Positions 13,051 through 26,000 of a stretch of 64,000 bases of DNA are shown piece after piece; position 1 is the first letter of the stretch, and the number at the start of each line of letters is the position of its first letter. The notes under the pieces were generated by a model that saw only the letters and a list, made by a program, of their open reading frames with translations, did not search any database and was not told the DNA's origin. The position numbers were made by a program, and so were the translations under genes. The DNA lies in the NCBI GenBank assembly GCA_965644265.1, contig OZ286467.1, positions 98,766,001-98,830,000 of the forward strand. Direction: 5' to 3'. Source of the DNA: Glycera tridactyla. Taxonomy: Eukaryota.

Positions 13051-13646
13051 CAATGATGGGATATACTTATAATGACCTCTGACGTGTTTTTGCAACTATT
13101 TTTGCAACTATATTAAGGTAATACTGGCTAGGTTCTCTGCTATATCTTCAGCTGAATGTACTTATTGAAATGAATGTTACGATCATACAAATATCGCGGT
13201 TTGTTCGGTTACCCTAGTCTTTTTGGTCATTACTTTTACTGAACACTGCTATTATCAAATTATTAAAAATGACTAGTGCTTTATTTTACCAGTTAAACAA
13301 TCATAATCATTATCCTAAGATTACTATCATGAATATTATTATTATCATTATTATTATTATTATTATTATCATCATTTTTCTCCTTTCTATGCTGTAAAAC
13401 ATCATTACTTTTGCCGATTGCATTATATGTTACTTAAGTTGTGTTGTTAGACCTTCGTCGTGTTGGAGACGCACCCATAGTGGAGCAATTTTTTCTGAAC
13501 GAATTGACGAAGAAAAATGAAGAAATTAAAACAAGAAAAATCCTGGAGGCAGAAAGCAAGAAGCAAGAAGCAAAACTACCAAGCAAGAGTTCAGAGCTGC
13601 TTGCGAAATATCTTAGACCCGTCTCCTTGTCTATAACAAGATTGTA

Positions 13647-13960
13647 TGTTTGTTTGTTTGAGTTTAACGTCACTTAAACCTGGTTGGGTCATATCGGACT
13701 GAAAAAACTGAAAATGCCGAAGAAGAGTCAACGCCGCCGGGGGCTGTCCCTACTCTCTGCCAAAGACGGTGGTGGTACTTTTACGTGCGTACAGGAAGAG
13801 ATTCCTATAAACACAGCCGGCCTTTGATATCCCAGTTGGCATGCACTGGGTTAGCATGCATACGATTCATATTTGACTAAATATGCAAACAATCAAATAT
13901 GTCTGTTGGATCGACTTTCATGAAAAGTTGTGTCATATTTTCAACAGTATAACAAGAAAA
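13647..13960 (-). mobile_element. Second, shorter 3' end of the same I/Nimb-group LINE (ORF2 end plus family-A 3' UTR)
   Basis: 13853-13960 matches 35356-35470 (aaatatgtctgttggatcgactttcatgaaaagttgtgtcatattttc) and joins family A at the same junction, with different flanks. Confidence 0.8.
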
Positions 13961-14764
13961 GTCCAGGGGAGCTGGAGGCATTGAGGTGAGATATTGAGCG
14001 AAGTCACAGATCTTCCGGTAACTTGAAACTAGTATCCTACAGCTAGATCGAAAATATGTTGCTTAGCAGTTCCTCACACGACTAATTGCAAGAGCATATT
14101 TACCCTAATGTCAAGTGGAAATGCCAAGACATTATCATTCAGCAAGTTTGCTAAGATGATTATTTCTTTGAGTTTAATGTCCTTTCAACCTTCTTGGGTT
14201 ATATCAGACTGTAGAAAAGGCTGAAAAAAATAGGTACCACTGCTGGTAGCAATCCTCTACTCTTTGTGAGAGACAGCAGTGGTTCTTTCACCTGCCTACA
14301 GGATTGACTCCGATACACATGGCTGGCCTTTGATATCCCGATCGGCATGCACTGGGTGTGAAAAATGATTGTTTGTTCCTTTGGGTTTAACGTCCTTTCA
14401 ACCTTCTTGGGTTATATAGGACTGAAAATGCTGAAGAAATGCTGGTGGCAATCCACTACTCTCGGTGAAGGGCAGCTGTGATATTTTCACATGCACATGG
14501 AAATAGACTCCAATACAGACAGCTGGCCTTTGGTATTTCAGTCGGCTTGCGCTGGATTCGGGAAGATGGATGAAACCCACCACAGTCAGATTGATGTAAA
14601 ATACACCAAAAGGTCAGAACAAATGTCAAACAGGGCCAATTTCACCCTGCATTGCAATTGCTTGACATACAATTGGCTCTCACCGCGGGTACATCACAAT
14701 ATTCGAAGGAAACAGTTTTACTGACACTTTGCACTGAGAGTATTCAACAGACCCTACCTTGCAT

Positions 14765-14953
14765 ATTTGTTTGTTTGGGTTTGACGTTTGTTTGGGTTAT
14801 ATCAGACTGAAAAACTGAAAATGCTGAAGAAAAGAGGCACCGCTGCTGTGGGTGTCCCTACTCATTGCGATGACAGCAGTGGTTCTTTTATGTACAAACA
14901 GAAACAGACTCCCATACACAGCCTTTGATATCCCAGTCGGCATGCACTGAATT
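14765..14953 (-). mobile_element. Family A (A2 variant) copy with 13-bp TSD
   Basis: TSD ccctaccttgcat at 14752-14764 and 14954-14966; the same insertion recurs at about 16474 and 39183. Confidence 0.85.
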
Positions 14954-17767
14954 CCCTACCTTGCATAAAATGCCAGTTTACAGAATGAGGGATTGAGGGA
15001 GTACGTCACAGAATAGAATCAGATCCTAGGTACCTGTCCGACAAAGTGGCAATATTCACAATTTTTCCATCATTAAGAACATCATAAAATGTCTTGTTGT
15101 CCAACTCCTTGATTTCCCACCAAAATATCTTTGTTGATTTCAAAATGAACCACATGGACTCCTTTGGGATCATGAGCAAGTGAGTTTATATCGAATTGTT
15201 CTGTATTATAAAGGTGACTGGGACCATATCATTACTGATGAATTGGTATTCATAAGTTCCTGAGATATCGTACAGCACTGATAGGATATACAAGAGCCGT
15301 GTGATACCAGGTTTCAATAGGGGACTGCCTCCAAAGTCTCGAATCTTGTTGAATAGACGGTAGATGCACTCAAATCATCTTGCCCCGTCTCTCCACCTGC
15401 CTCGCAATCCGAAAATATTGCTTCATCTATATAGGGGGGGGGGGGGGGGGAGCACTGTTATTGTATTCATAGACACATTACTATCAGTGTGACTTACTGA
15501 AAGCCCAGATACACTGCCCACACATAACATACTTGTGATATTGAAGCAAGGGTAGATGTAGAATGATTAGAAAAGATTACATGTATATCCCGATTGTAGT
15601 CCTATCATGCAAATATGAGGGAACTATTTTGTATGAGCAGTGACACTATTCTGAAGAGCACTGATGTTTAGTTCAAAAACGAGGTGATCAGTGAGTTGAA
15701 TTGCTTGTTTGGGTTTATCGTCCTTCCAACCTTCTTGGGCTTAATGCCTCGGGAATTCCCATCATCGATACACACCTTGTGAGGAATAACGTCGATCATC
15801 CACTGACGTGGGTTCTTGTTATGGACTTCAGTCGATCCGCAAGAATCCCAAATTGAAGTAATATTATGCAGGAGATATTCAATCCAGGTATGAAAGTCTG
15901 AGGAATGCCATCCGCACACTAGGAATGAGGTGGAATCACATGCAAAGAATATGTTACATAACCAGGTGAGCAGGAACGAAAGAAGAGCGAAGTCACATAT
16001 CTTCCGGTCACCTGAAGCTAGTCAAGTGAAGATGCCAAGACATTATCATTTAGCAAGTTTGCTAAGATGATTGTTTCTTTGAGTTTAATGTCTTTTCAAC
16101 CCTCTTGGGTAATATCAGACTGAAAAAAGTGAAACTGCTGAAGAGGAACCACTGCTGGTGACATTCCTCTACTCTTTGGGAAAGGCAGCAGTGGTTCTTT
16201 CATGTGCATACGGGAATAGACTCCCATACACACAGGTGGCCTTTGGTATTCAAGTCGGCATGCACTGAATCCACTAAGATGGATGAGACCCAATACTGTC
16301 AGCTGGATGCAGAGAACACCAATGCATACAAGCAAATCTGAAATCTGTCCCATTCCACGCTGCTTTGCAATTGCTTGACATACAATGGGCTCTCACCGCG
16401 GGTACATCACAATATTTGAAGGAGTTTCACTGTCACTCTGCACTGAGAGCATCCAACAGAACCTACCTTGCATGTTTGTTTGGGTTTAACGTCCTTTCAA
16501 CCACATTGGGTTATATCGGACTGAAAATGCTGAAGAAGGCCACCCTACTCATTGCGATCAGTGGTTCATTGCGATCAGTGGTCAGCATGCACTGGGTTCC
16601 CTACCTTGCATAAAACGCCGATGTACAGAATGAGAGATTGAGAAAGTACGTCACAGAATAAAATCAAATCCTATGCACCAATCCGACAAAGTGGTGTCAT
16701 TGTATCAATGGGTTCATGCCGAACAATCTAATAGCAGACATCAACATATCGGCCCTTGACTCCTCACAAAACATCACAAAAGATCTTGTCATCCAAGTCC
16801 TTGATTTCGCACAAAACTATCTTTGTCGATTTCAAGATGAACCACATGAACTCCTTTGGGATCAGGAGCAAGTGAGTTTATATTTAATTGATCTGAATGA
16901 TAAAGGTGACTGGGACCATATCATGATGAATTGGTATTCATACGTTCAGATCTGATGCATGATGTCCATGCAGGTCGGTCATTAAGCAATATTGCAATCA
17001 ATCAATTGCATAAGATCAATGTTACAAAAATAATACCCGGGAAGCATCAGTCATGTAGCAAAAGGTACAGCAATCCAGAACATTTTGTTACACTGTTACC
17101 AATGTATGAATCACACATACCAGTGGAAAACACTTCAGAATGACAGATTACACTGGAGCTGATATCCAAGACATCCAAATTAGTAACAAGGTCCCATCGA
17201 ATATGATGCAGAAATATATATGCATGTCATATAATTAAGGCCAAATTGACGCGATACAACTGAGTGCTATAAACGAATTTGTACCAACCAGTGGGTGGTA
17301 CAGATGACTGTATCAAACGCTCGCCTCAAGCCGGAACTACTTTTTCCGTCTTAAATTTTTATTTTTGCATCACACCACAGCTCATGCCTTTCATCTGCTA
17401 CTTGTTTACAGACAGAATGGATTTAGGGGCGAGGGCCTGTGTGGCAGTACCAGGGGATTAAGCCTGACCGTGAATTGCTGTTTGTACGTACTGTATAAGG
17501 ATCCCTACTGTACATAGCATTGCCTGTTGAATGGATAGTATCAGCTAATGTCACCCTTTGGTAGTTTAGGCGTGTTTTAATTAATTTAGTATTTATGCAA
17601 GGAATTTAGATATCAGGATGGAGGTTTGGGTGGGGGGACAAATGCGGGTGTGTACCTGTCGATGAGTGGGGGTGTGGGAGTGAGTGTGTGGATGAATGAT
17701 ATGTGCACATATGTGAGTGTAGGTGTGGGGGGGGGGACAAATGTGTGTGTGTACGTGTCCATGAGTG

Positions 17768-17803
<36 letters not shown>

Positions 17804-17958
17804 AATGGTATGTGCATGTATGTGAGTGTGACTGAGGAGAGCAGAGGCAGGAGACCAAGGGGGGCATTGTAGCAGTAATGACATTGGTAATGATAAGTTA
17901 TAAAACACTCCTAAGTGAACAATTAATATAATATGCAGGATAAGAGTGTGGCTACTAG

Positions 17959-20452
17959 TGTGGCGAGCCAGCTGTCGAGCTGTCACTTGTCAAACTTGCA
18001 CACGCTCGCGTGTTTCGCCGCCGATTGTTCTGATAGCAACTGTCACGCAAATAAACGTTTGTTTACGCGCATTTTGTGCTTAAAACACGCAGAAATCGTT
18101 GTTTTCAAGGTAAGCTTACCTAAATTGACCTGTTAGTATGTATTTCTTGCTAAAATAGCGGATTTCGGTGGTTTATGCTGCTGGAATCGCCATTGTTTAT
18201 ATCCGAGGTTGCACCCCGCATAATTATTTTGCCGGCGTCCTATTGGTCAATATTTGTATTAGCTGCTGAGCAGGCTTGCTTGACAACGCAAGCCGCGCTC
18301 GAACGTCGACTTAAGTTGTCACTCCGACTGAAGTGTCGACTCAAGCACCGACTCAAGTGACGACTTAAGTTGCCACTCATAGCCTATAAAGACCCAATAT
18401 GTCAAAGTGAGCAACCAGTCTCGGTTCAGCCCTGTTAGAGGCAACACTTAAGCAATATTATAGCTCCTCAAATCTGGACATTGGCCTGCCATAGGCACTT
18501 AATTGAATCAGTCCCCAGTGGTCCCTGTCAATTGAGACCACCTGTCAAGGTTGACAGCAGTTGATTTCATCAGTAATAACATCCCTAGTGCAAGTGTTTA
18601 GACCCTGAACTTTGCCAACTTAACTTGTGTCTCCACCTTTGGACTTAGTAAATACTATGTGGTAGCAAGGCTCCTGCTGTGTGATTTAATGGGCTGTGCA
18701 GAAGTATGGCCAGCCGTTTGGCAGTAAATATTTAGTTATCATTTGAGGTTGAGACCTCTAACTTGCGGGCCACCTCAAGTTTCAAACTGTTGACATGGCG
18801 TATTTCGGATCTGCTTATCACCCATGCTCCTAAATTGCCACCGGTTTACTTAAGCCAGCCTTTTAGTATTCTAGCTGTGTGATATAATCCTCCATAGTTG
18901 TCATAGAAGGCTCTTAATTATACATCATTTAAGTGAGGTGCCACTGGCATCTATTTACATATTTAAAGATAATGAACTAGTAGTGAGTGATACAATTTGT
19001 ATGCCTTGTAATGAACTGTATTATTCTGTCTCTTTTGCAAATATATGTGGGAAGGGAATCGGTATAGTCTAGTACCTTTGTGGTCCTAGAGATTCAGTCA
19101 GTTACAAGCATATAGTCATACCACTGTGGGTCTTGTCCCTTCGGTGAATCACCCTGTTGTCTTTTCCTCTGCCGTATATATTCTTGTCAGCATCAGCTCT
19201 CTTAAATCACTGCCATGAGTCTGTGTGAGTGTGTGAAGTAGTGTTAGGTGTGTGCGCCGACCTTGTGGTCGCACAGTGTATAGGAGAAGTGTGTAGTTTA
19301 GTTGCAGCTGTAGGTGTGTGTGTGTGTGCCGACCGCGTGGTTGCACTGTGTTTTAGTGTGTAGAGTGTAGTTGTAGTCGTAGTGTGGGTGCGCCGACTTG
19401 TGGTCGCACTGTGTTAGAGTGTAGTTGTAGTCGTAGTGTGGGTGCGCCGACTTGTGGTCGCACTGTGTCATAGTGTGTAGAGTGTAGTAGTCATAGTGTG
19501 TGTGCGCCGACGTGTGGTCGCACTGTCATAGGCAAGAGTGTAGAACAGAAGTGCTTGCTAGACTTAGAGGGGTGTAGTAGTTGAGAGTGGGGTTAGACGG
19601 AGAGAGTTAGTAGACAGGTGTAGTAGCTAATCAGGGGCTCAGTTCCATGTACAGTCTTGGGAAGTTGTGATTTTGGTAGAGATGGGTCAAGAGTAGAGTG
19701 GGACGGGCGAATCAGGGGCTCAAAGCTGTGCATGGGCTGAGGTAGGTATTTGGGAATCTTTGGGGTTTCTGTCCTTCCGTACAGGCTGGGGAGTCGTGAT
19801 CCAAAGTAGAGAGAGAAAGACAGGTTAATCAGGGGCTCAGTTTGTACGGGGGTCAGATAGTATAATTGTTAGGGAGGTCTAGTAACAAGCGTGACACTGT
19901 GTGAGCGAGTTGGGTGTGGTAGAGTGGACGAGTGTGGCGTGAGTTGTATGTAAGTGTTGGTTGGCGTATTGTTTGTAAAGCTGATGCGCTGTCTTGGTGG
20001 TTTTGTCGTGTAAATATCTCTTGTCTGTCGGTGACTGATAATAAATGCAAACGTTAACATAGTTTGTATGCTGTGTCGAACTCCTTTATTCAGCAAGGTT
20101 GGGTAGTGTCAAGGGAGGTTGTCGGACGTTTCAGTCTCGTTTTCAGGTTGATATCGCCTGTCTTGTGTCAGGTTTGACGTTCGAGAGTGATTGGTACTCC
20201 AGTTGTGACCGGCCCGTGGGGTCCCGAGCGTGTGGGATCTGGTGAAGGTGCAGCATTGAGTGCCCTTGCTCTTGTGTGAGACTCCGTCTGGCAGTCTGAG
20301 TGGGACTTTGTGTTCGGTGGAACAACGCTACCCGGCTTGTGGGCCTGAGACCAGGTCCCGCAAACTAGATCCACGAGACGGGCTTTGTCTTAGAAGAGGG
20401 CTCAGCCCCGAAAGACACAAATAGTAGACACCCCCTCCCCTTGCGCGCTACA
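17959..20452 (+). repeat. 5' LTR (2494 bp)
   Basis: Direct repeat of 30900-33439, roughly 98-99% identical by eye; TG...CA ends; TATAAA at about 18385, AATAAA at about 20040; internal tandem array of 5 units. Confidence 0.96.
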
Positions 20453-20465
20453 TTTTCTGTCTTCT

Positions 20466-20484
20466 TGGTGGCAGCGGTGGGATT
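20466..20484 (+). promoter_or_regulatory. Primer binding site complementary to the tRNA-Leu 3' end
   Basis: TGGTGGCAGCGGTGGGATT is the reverse complement of AATCCCACCGCTGCCACCA (tRNA-Leu AAG/TAG-type 3' end, from recall); starts 13 nt after the LTR's terminal CA. Confidence 0.88.
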
Positions 20485-20740
20485 GTTTGTGTGATCAGTC
20501 TTTGTTGGCAGGCTAGGGAATTAGTTTCTGTGGTTTCGCTGAAAGGCAGCTGTTGTTAGTTAGTTTTGCTCACAGGTCCTTTGTGGGAGCAGCTTCAGCT
20601 TTGATTTGGCTGAAGTCTTCGTACAGTTTGTACCTCTAACCTATCATCGTGTAGTACTCTTGTTCGGGAATTGTAGAGTGATTCCTATCGTTCTCTCCCA
20701 GTCGAGTACTGTCTCTTTGAAGTCCAAAAATCATCTCATC

Positions 20741-22950
20741 ATGGCTACCAGTCATGATCCCAGGGCTGAACCAAGGCCCCCTACTTCCTCGCCATCTGTA
20801 AATAATGGGTCCATGGGTGGAGGAGTGGGCCACATGAACAAAGCAGCACCAATCAATCACCTGCCAGCGATGGCAGAAGTTCTGGAGCCTTCACAGCGCC
20901 AATGCATGATGACCAGGAGGTTTTGTTCCGTCGCGATGGAGAGGGAGACAATCCTGAGGCTAGTGGTCATAGCCATGGTGGGGATTCAGCCAGGAATGAG
21001 TCCCGGAGCTCATCCCAGTTTGGGGGTGCTCCTGTTGAAGGTGGTGGAAGTCTGCACTTAAGATTTCATGAAAGGTTCCCTGCAAGAGGAACAGGGTGGC
21101 CTGATAAGCTACCAGAGACATCTTCTCCTAGAAGACCATGTCATCCTCCTGCAAGAGAAACAGGGTGGTCTGATAGGCTACCGGAAACTAGGAGTATGTC
21201 TCCCCCAAGAAGACCATATCGTCCCCCTCCAAGCAGCTTTAATCCAGGAAGTGACCGGCTGCGCTCCAGAGGCGATCAGCCATGTCAACCTCCGTTTCAA
21301 ATGATGCCGTATGGTCCACGGGGCCAGAGCAATATCGATCATTCAAATCGTCCTGTTGGCAATGACATCTACCGAGAAGCTGGACGACGAGATCACCACA
21401 GCTGGGGAATGGCTCATCAGTACACAGAGCGACATTCGCCATTGGGATACGACCAGCAGCCAATGCAGCGTCCCAATCACGACAGCCGAGGTCAACAAAT
21501 GCCCTATTACCAATCAAGGAATGGATGGTCAGATCCCTGTGTTGGCAGTGGCCGTGACTTCAGGGAAGGTGTTCCCCGACGTGAGGCTCCGCAAGGAACT
21601 CAGTCTTGGCAAGGGCATTATGGTGAAGCCTTTCATCGAGAATCGTACCCTGCTCAGTCAACTGCTGCGTTAGGGAGTCGGAATCAGCCATCATATGATT
21701 ATCCTAGGTTCATGTCTCATGATGTGGTGGATGGCTCAAGTCGAGACTCTGGAGATGCCAGATATGGGCGAAGGCTCGACTATGGCATCCCCGCTATGGA
21801 TCGAGGGAACTCCAATCACCTTGCACGGAGCAGAGACAACATTGACCAGCAAGAAGAGTGCATGAGTCGCTATGAAGGACGTCGGGAAGGCCATGTTTCC
21901 GAGTGTCGAAATGGGCCGTGGGATAGACCCGACCATGCCATGTCAACGTCGAGAAGGATGCCGAATCCGAATCCGAGGTGGTCTGTGGGTCGAAGTGATA
22001 ACCGTCCGTCGGGACACAAGATAAAACGTCCAATGCCATATGATGGACGCAGCAGTTGGGAGGACTATCTGGTCCAGTTCGAGATGTTGGCCGACATCAA
22101 CCAGTGGGATTCTGCGACGAAAGCTACAAGCCTCAAGGCACCTGCAACCGGAGTTCTCACAGACCTGAACAGAGAACAGAGACGTGACTACGAGTCATTG
22201 GTATCAGCTTTGACAGCTCGCTTCGAACCGTCAAATACAGCTGAGATTTTCCGTGCCAAGCTGAAAGGTCGTTTGAGAGGGAAGATGGAGCCTCTAACGG
22301 AGTTGGCTCAGAATATTAGACACCTAACACGTAAAGCATACCCCAAGGTGGATGTCCATGTCCGAGAATGTCTTTCTCTTGAGAGATTCATCGAGTCATT
22401 GAATGACTCAGAGCTTGAATGGTTCGTATTCCAGGCCAAACCGGAGAGCATGGAAAAGGCTGTGGAGACTGCTCTCGAATTTGAGGCCTTCAAGCAAGGA
22501 AGAAGACGTCGAGTTGGTGGGGACAAGCAGTTTGTCCGGATGAGTTGTCCAGAGGGTGGCATACCTGCTCAGCACCAGCCCTCAAGTCATCGTGATGATG
22601 GTCATTTTGGCCATGATGTTGAGTATGGAAGCCACGATCGGGTCGACGCAGATGACCGAGTTGCCAGAATGAATGGTGGAAATGTTCAAAGTCATCACTC
22701 AAGGAACCACCATGATGGGCTACATAAGGGAGCGTCTAATTCTCCGCCAAGGTGTCACAGATGTAACGAGGTTGGGCATTTCATCAGAGACTGCCCAGTG
22801 AAGGCACCTTGTTTTGCCTGCGGTGAGACAGGACACTGGAAGGGGAATTGTCCTCGAAGGTACAACACTGGAGGATATATGGGCCAGGGGCAGGCAAACT
22901 CCAACCAAGGAGCCAGGCAAGCCAGTCCAGGCCAGGTGTCGGGAAACTAA
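20741..22950 (+). CDS. gag: Gypsy gag: long low-complexity N-terminus, capsid-like domain, two CCHC zinc knuckles; probable frameshift near 20900
   Basis: ORF 20902-22950 has PMPYDGRSSWEDYLVQFE (capsid start), CHRCNEVGHFIRDC and CFACGETGHWKGNC; a likely ATG at 20741 (MATSHDPRAEP) is in an adjacent frame. Confidence 0.9.
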
Positions 22951-23003
22951 ATGTGGCTGAGTCTAAGGGCCATGACTCAGCAGAATCGAATGAATGTCGG
23001 CCC
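22941..23003 (+). promoter_or_regulatory. -1 programmed ribosomal frameshift signal (G GGA AAC plus hairpin/pseudoknot)
   Basis: Heptamer GGGAAAC 22941-22947 in the gag frame right before TAA; stem GCTGAGTC (22956-63)/GACTCAGC (22974-81); loop GGGCC (22967-71) complements GGCCC (22999-23003); pol is in the -1 frame. Confidence 0.85.
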
Positions 23004-26000
23004 AAAGAACACAGCCCTAAAAGGATTGGATGTAGTTTGTATATAAAGGCAGCTATCTACGTCGCTAAGGTGGATTGTCTGATCGATACTGGAGCGACAA
23101 TAAGTGTCATCCACCCGAGTTACTTTCGAGCCCTCACTCAGGGACAGAAAATCTCAGTTCAACCTTATACCGGCAACCTTCGAATGGCAGATGGAGGACT
23201 TGTTGCACCAGTTGGACAAGCCGTCCTCGGCCTGCTGTTTTCAGATTCACAATACGTCAAACACAACTTTGTGATAGCGGATCTAGAGGGACCTGTCGTT
23301 TTGGGACTTGATTTCCTACAGCAACATCGTGGTATCGTTGATGCACAGAAGAATGAGCTTTCCTTGTACGGAGTGGCCCATAAGTGCTACAACGCAGCTG
23401 AAGGAACTTTTGTATACCACATCATGCTTGGTGAGGATCTGACTATACAACCAGGGGTTGAAATGATACTTCCTGGAATGTTTGATAACAAGCCAAACTT
23501 TGCAGTCGGAATAGTGGAGCCCTATGAGAAGTTTGTATCGAGGAACGAACTACTTGTAGCGAAGGCAGTTGTGGACTCCACGAGTGACGAAATTCCAGCT
23601 CGAGTCACGAATATCTCCGATTCTGAATATACCTTGTACAAGGGAATGTGCATAGCCACATGTGAAGCCGTGGTCGATGTTACATCGAAAAATGGGGATC
23701 AGGAGGTTGTTGGTCACGTGACTACGATTGGAGAAGCAGATGAACTTCCGCAACACCTCTGTGCCTTGTATGAAGACTGTGTCTCCTACTTGAAAGATGA
23801 AGAGGATAAAGCCGACGTGAAGTGCCTTTTGAAGAAGTATGCCAATACTTTCGCTAAGTCCAAGGAAGATCTGGGTTGGACAACGGTGGTGAAGCTTACC
23901 ATAGATACTGGTGATGCTTGTCCGATCAAGCAGCGACCTAAAAGAGTCCCAATGGCGCTTAGAGATGAAGCTCAGGCAGAAGTCGACAGTATGTTGAAAC
24001 AGCATGTCATTCAGCCTTCGAGTAGTCCTTGGGCGTCTCCCATCGTTCTAGTCCGAAAGAAGGATCAATCTATACGATACTGTATAGATTACAGACAATT
24101 GAACGACATAACTCTGAAAGACTCTTATCCCATCCCACGGATGGATACAACTCTAGAAGCTCTCCAAGGCTCAACACTATTCTCAACTTTAGACTTGGCC
24201 AGTGGCTATTGGCAAGTCGAGATGGATCCTGATGATAAGCCCAGACTGCGTTTGTAACGGAGGGTGGCCTGTATGAGTTTAACGTTATGCCGTTTGGTTT
24301 GTCAAACGCGCCAGCAACATTTGAAAGGCTCATGGAGAGAGTCCTCTCTGGTCTACATTGGAAGACATGTCTTCTCTACATTGATGACATAATCGTGTTC
24401 AGCTCCTTGATGGAATCGCATCTCTCTAGGTTGGAGGAAGTTCTTCAAAGAGTCTCCGCCGCTGGTCTGAAGGTGTCTCCTAAGAAATGTTCCTGGTTCA
24501 GGTCAAGCGTGAAATTTCTTGGACATATTGTATCCAACAAAGGAGTAGAAACAGACCCAGAGAAAGTGGCTGCAATCACTGATTGGCCCACACCATGTAA
24601 AGTCAAGGACGTGAGAGCATTTCTTGGTTTCTGTTCTTATTATCGACGGTTCATAAGAGGTTTCGCAAATATTGCGAGGCCGTTGCATAAGTTGACCGAG
24701 AAAGATACGCCATTCAATTGGTCGATGGATTGTGAAAAAGCCTTCAATGAACTGAAAGGGATGTTCGTGAGTACCCCGATATTGACATATCCATCTCCTT
24801 CGGACCCTTTCATCCTTGATACAGACGCCAGTGCATTTGGAATTGGAGGTGTTCTTTCACAAATTCAAGATGAACGAGAATGCTTGATCGCTTGCTACAG
24901 CAAAATATCATCAAAGACTGAACAGCAGTATTGTGTTACCCGTCGGGAGTTACTCGCCATTGTAATGAGTCTTAAACATTACCACCATTATCTGTATGGG
25001 CGACATTTCACCACTCGCACCGATCATGGAGCGTTGAGATGGCTGCTTGGATTCAAAAATCCGGAAGGTCAAATGGCAAGATGGCTAGAGGTTATTGGCA
25101 CATATGATATGGAGATTCAACATCGTGCTGGCAAGCAACACGGAAACGCTGATGGAATGTCTCGCCGTCCCTGCAGTCCTTGCAAGCATTGTGAGCAGAA
25201 GGAAGACCAAGACACATCTACAGCTGAGTATGTGCATAGAGTATGCGCCATTCAAGGACCATCCAATAGTTCGGACAGTACACCTGAGATAGCTCCTTGG
25301 TTGCAGGCTTGGTCACAAGCTGATCTCATCAGATGGCAGAGCGAGGATCCGGCTGTTAACGAAGTCATACAATGGAAGAATGTTGGGACAAAGCCAAAAT
25401 GGGAAGTGATCAAGAATGAGTCATCTGACATCAAGATCTACTGGACCATGTGGCCGATACTTTCTGTTCAAGATGACATTTTGTACAAGCAGTTCACTCA
25501 GGATGGTCAGAAGTCGAACAGCTTTCAGTTGATTTTGCCACCTTTTCTTTGTAAGCAAGTGATGCTCCATTTGCATAGCATGCGGATAGCTGGTCATTTC
25601 GGAGAGAAACGAACTTTAGCAAGTTTTTGTTTGTTTTGTTGGGGGTTTAACGTCATGTCAGCTCCATTTGGGCTATATTGTGACGCCCATGCAATGGGCA
25701 TGGGTGGGATCATAAATATTCGTCGCCGATTCTGGTGGCCTCATATGAAGCAGGACGTCATAAGATGGTGCAAGATATGTGATCCATGCCAGAAGCGCAA
25801 AGCACATCCAGGTGCCAAGCATGCTCTTCTACAGCAAGATCCAGTTGGCTCACTAATGGAAAGAATATCAGTAGACATTCTTAGTTTCTCAGAAGTCACT
25901 GAGAATGGGAACTCTTGTGTCCTAGTCATAACCGACAGTTTCTCAAAGTGGACTGAGGCCTTTGCCTTACCCAACCATCAAGCCATAACGGTTGCAGATG

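Noticed and set aside
14160-16610. Repeat-spacer pattern resembling a CRISPR array
   Set aside because: Repeats are about 200-bp retroposons with TSDs, the spacers are themselves duplicated, there are no cas genes, and the DNA is eukaryotic.
18175-18360. 61-aa ORF open in both LTRs (also 31116-31301)
   Set aside because: Short, partly built from the cgactcaag repeats, and shared only because the LTRs are nearly identical.
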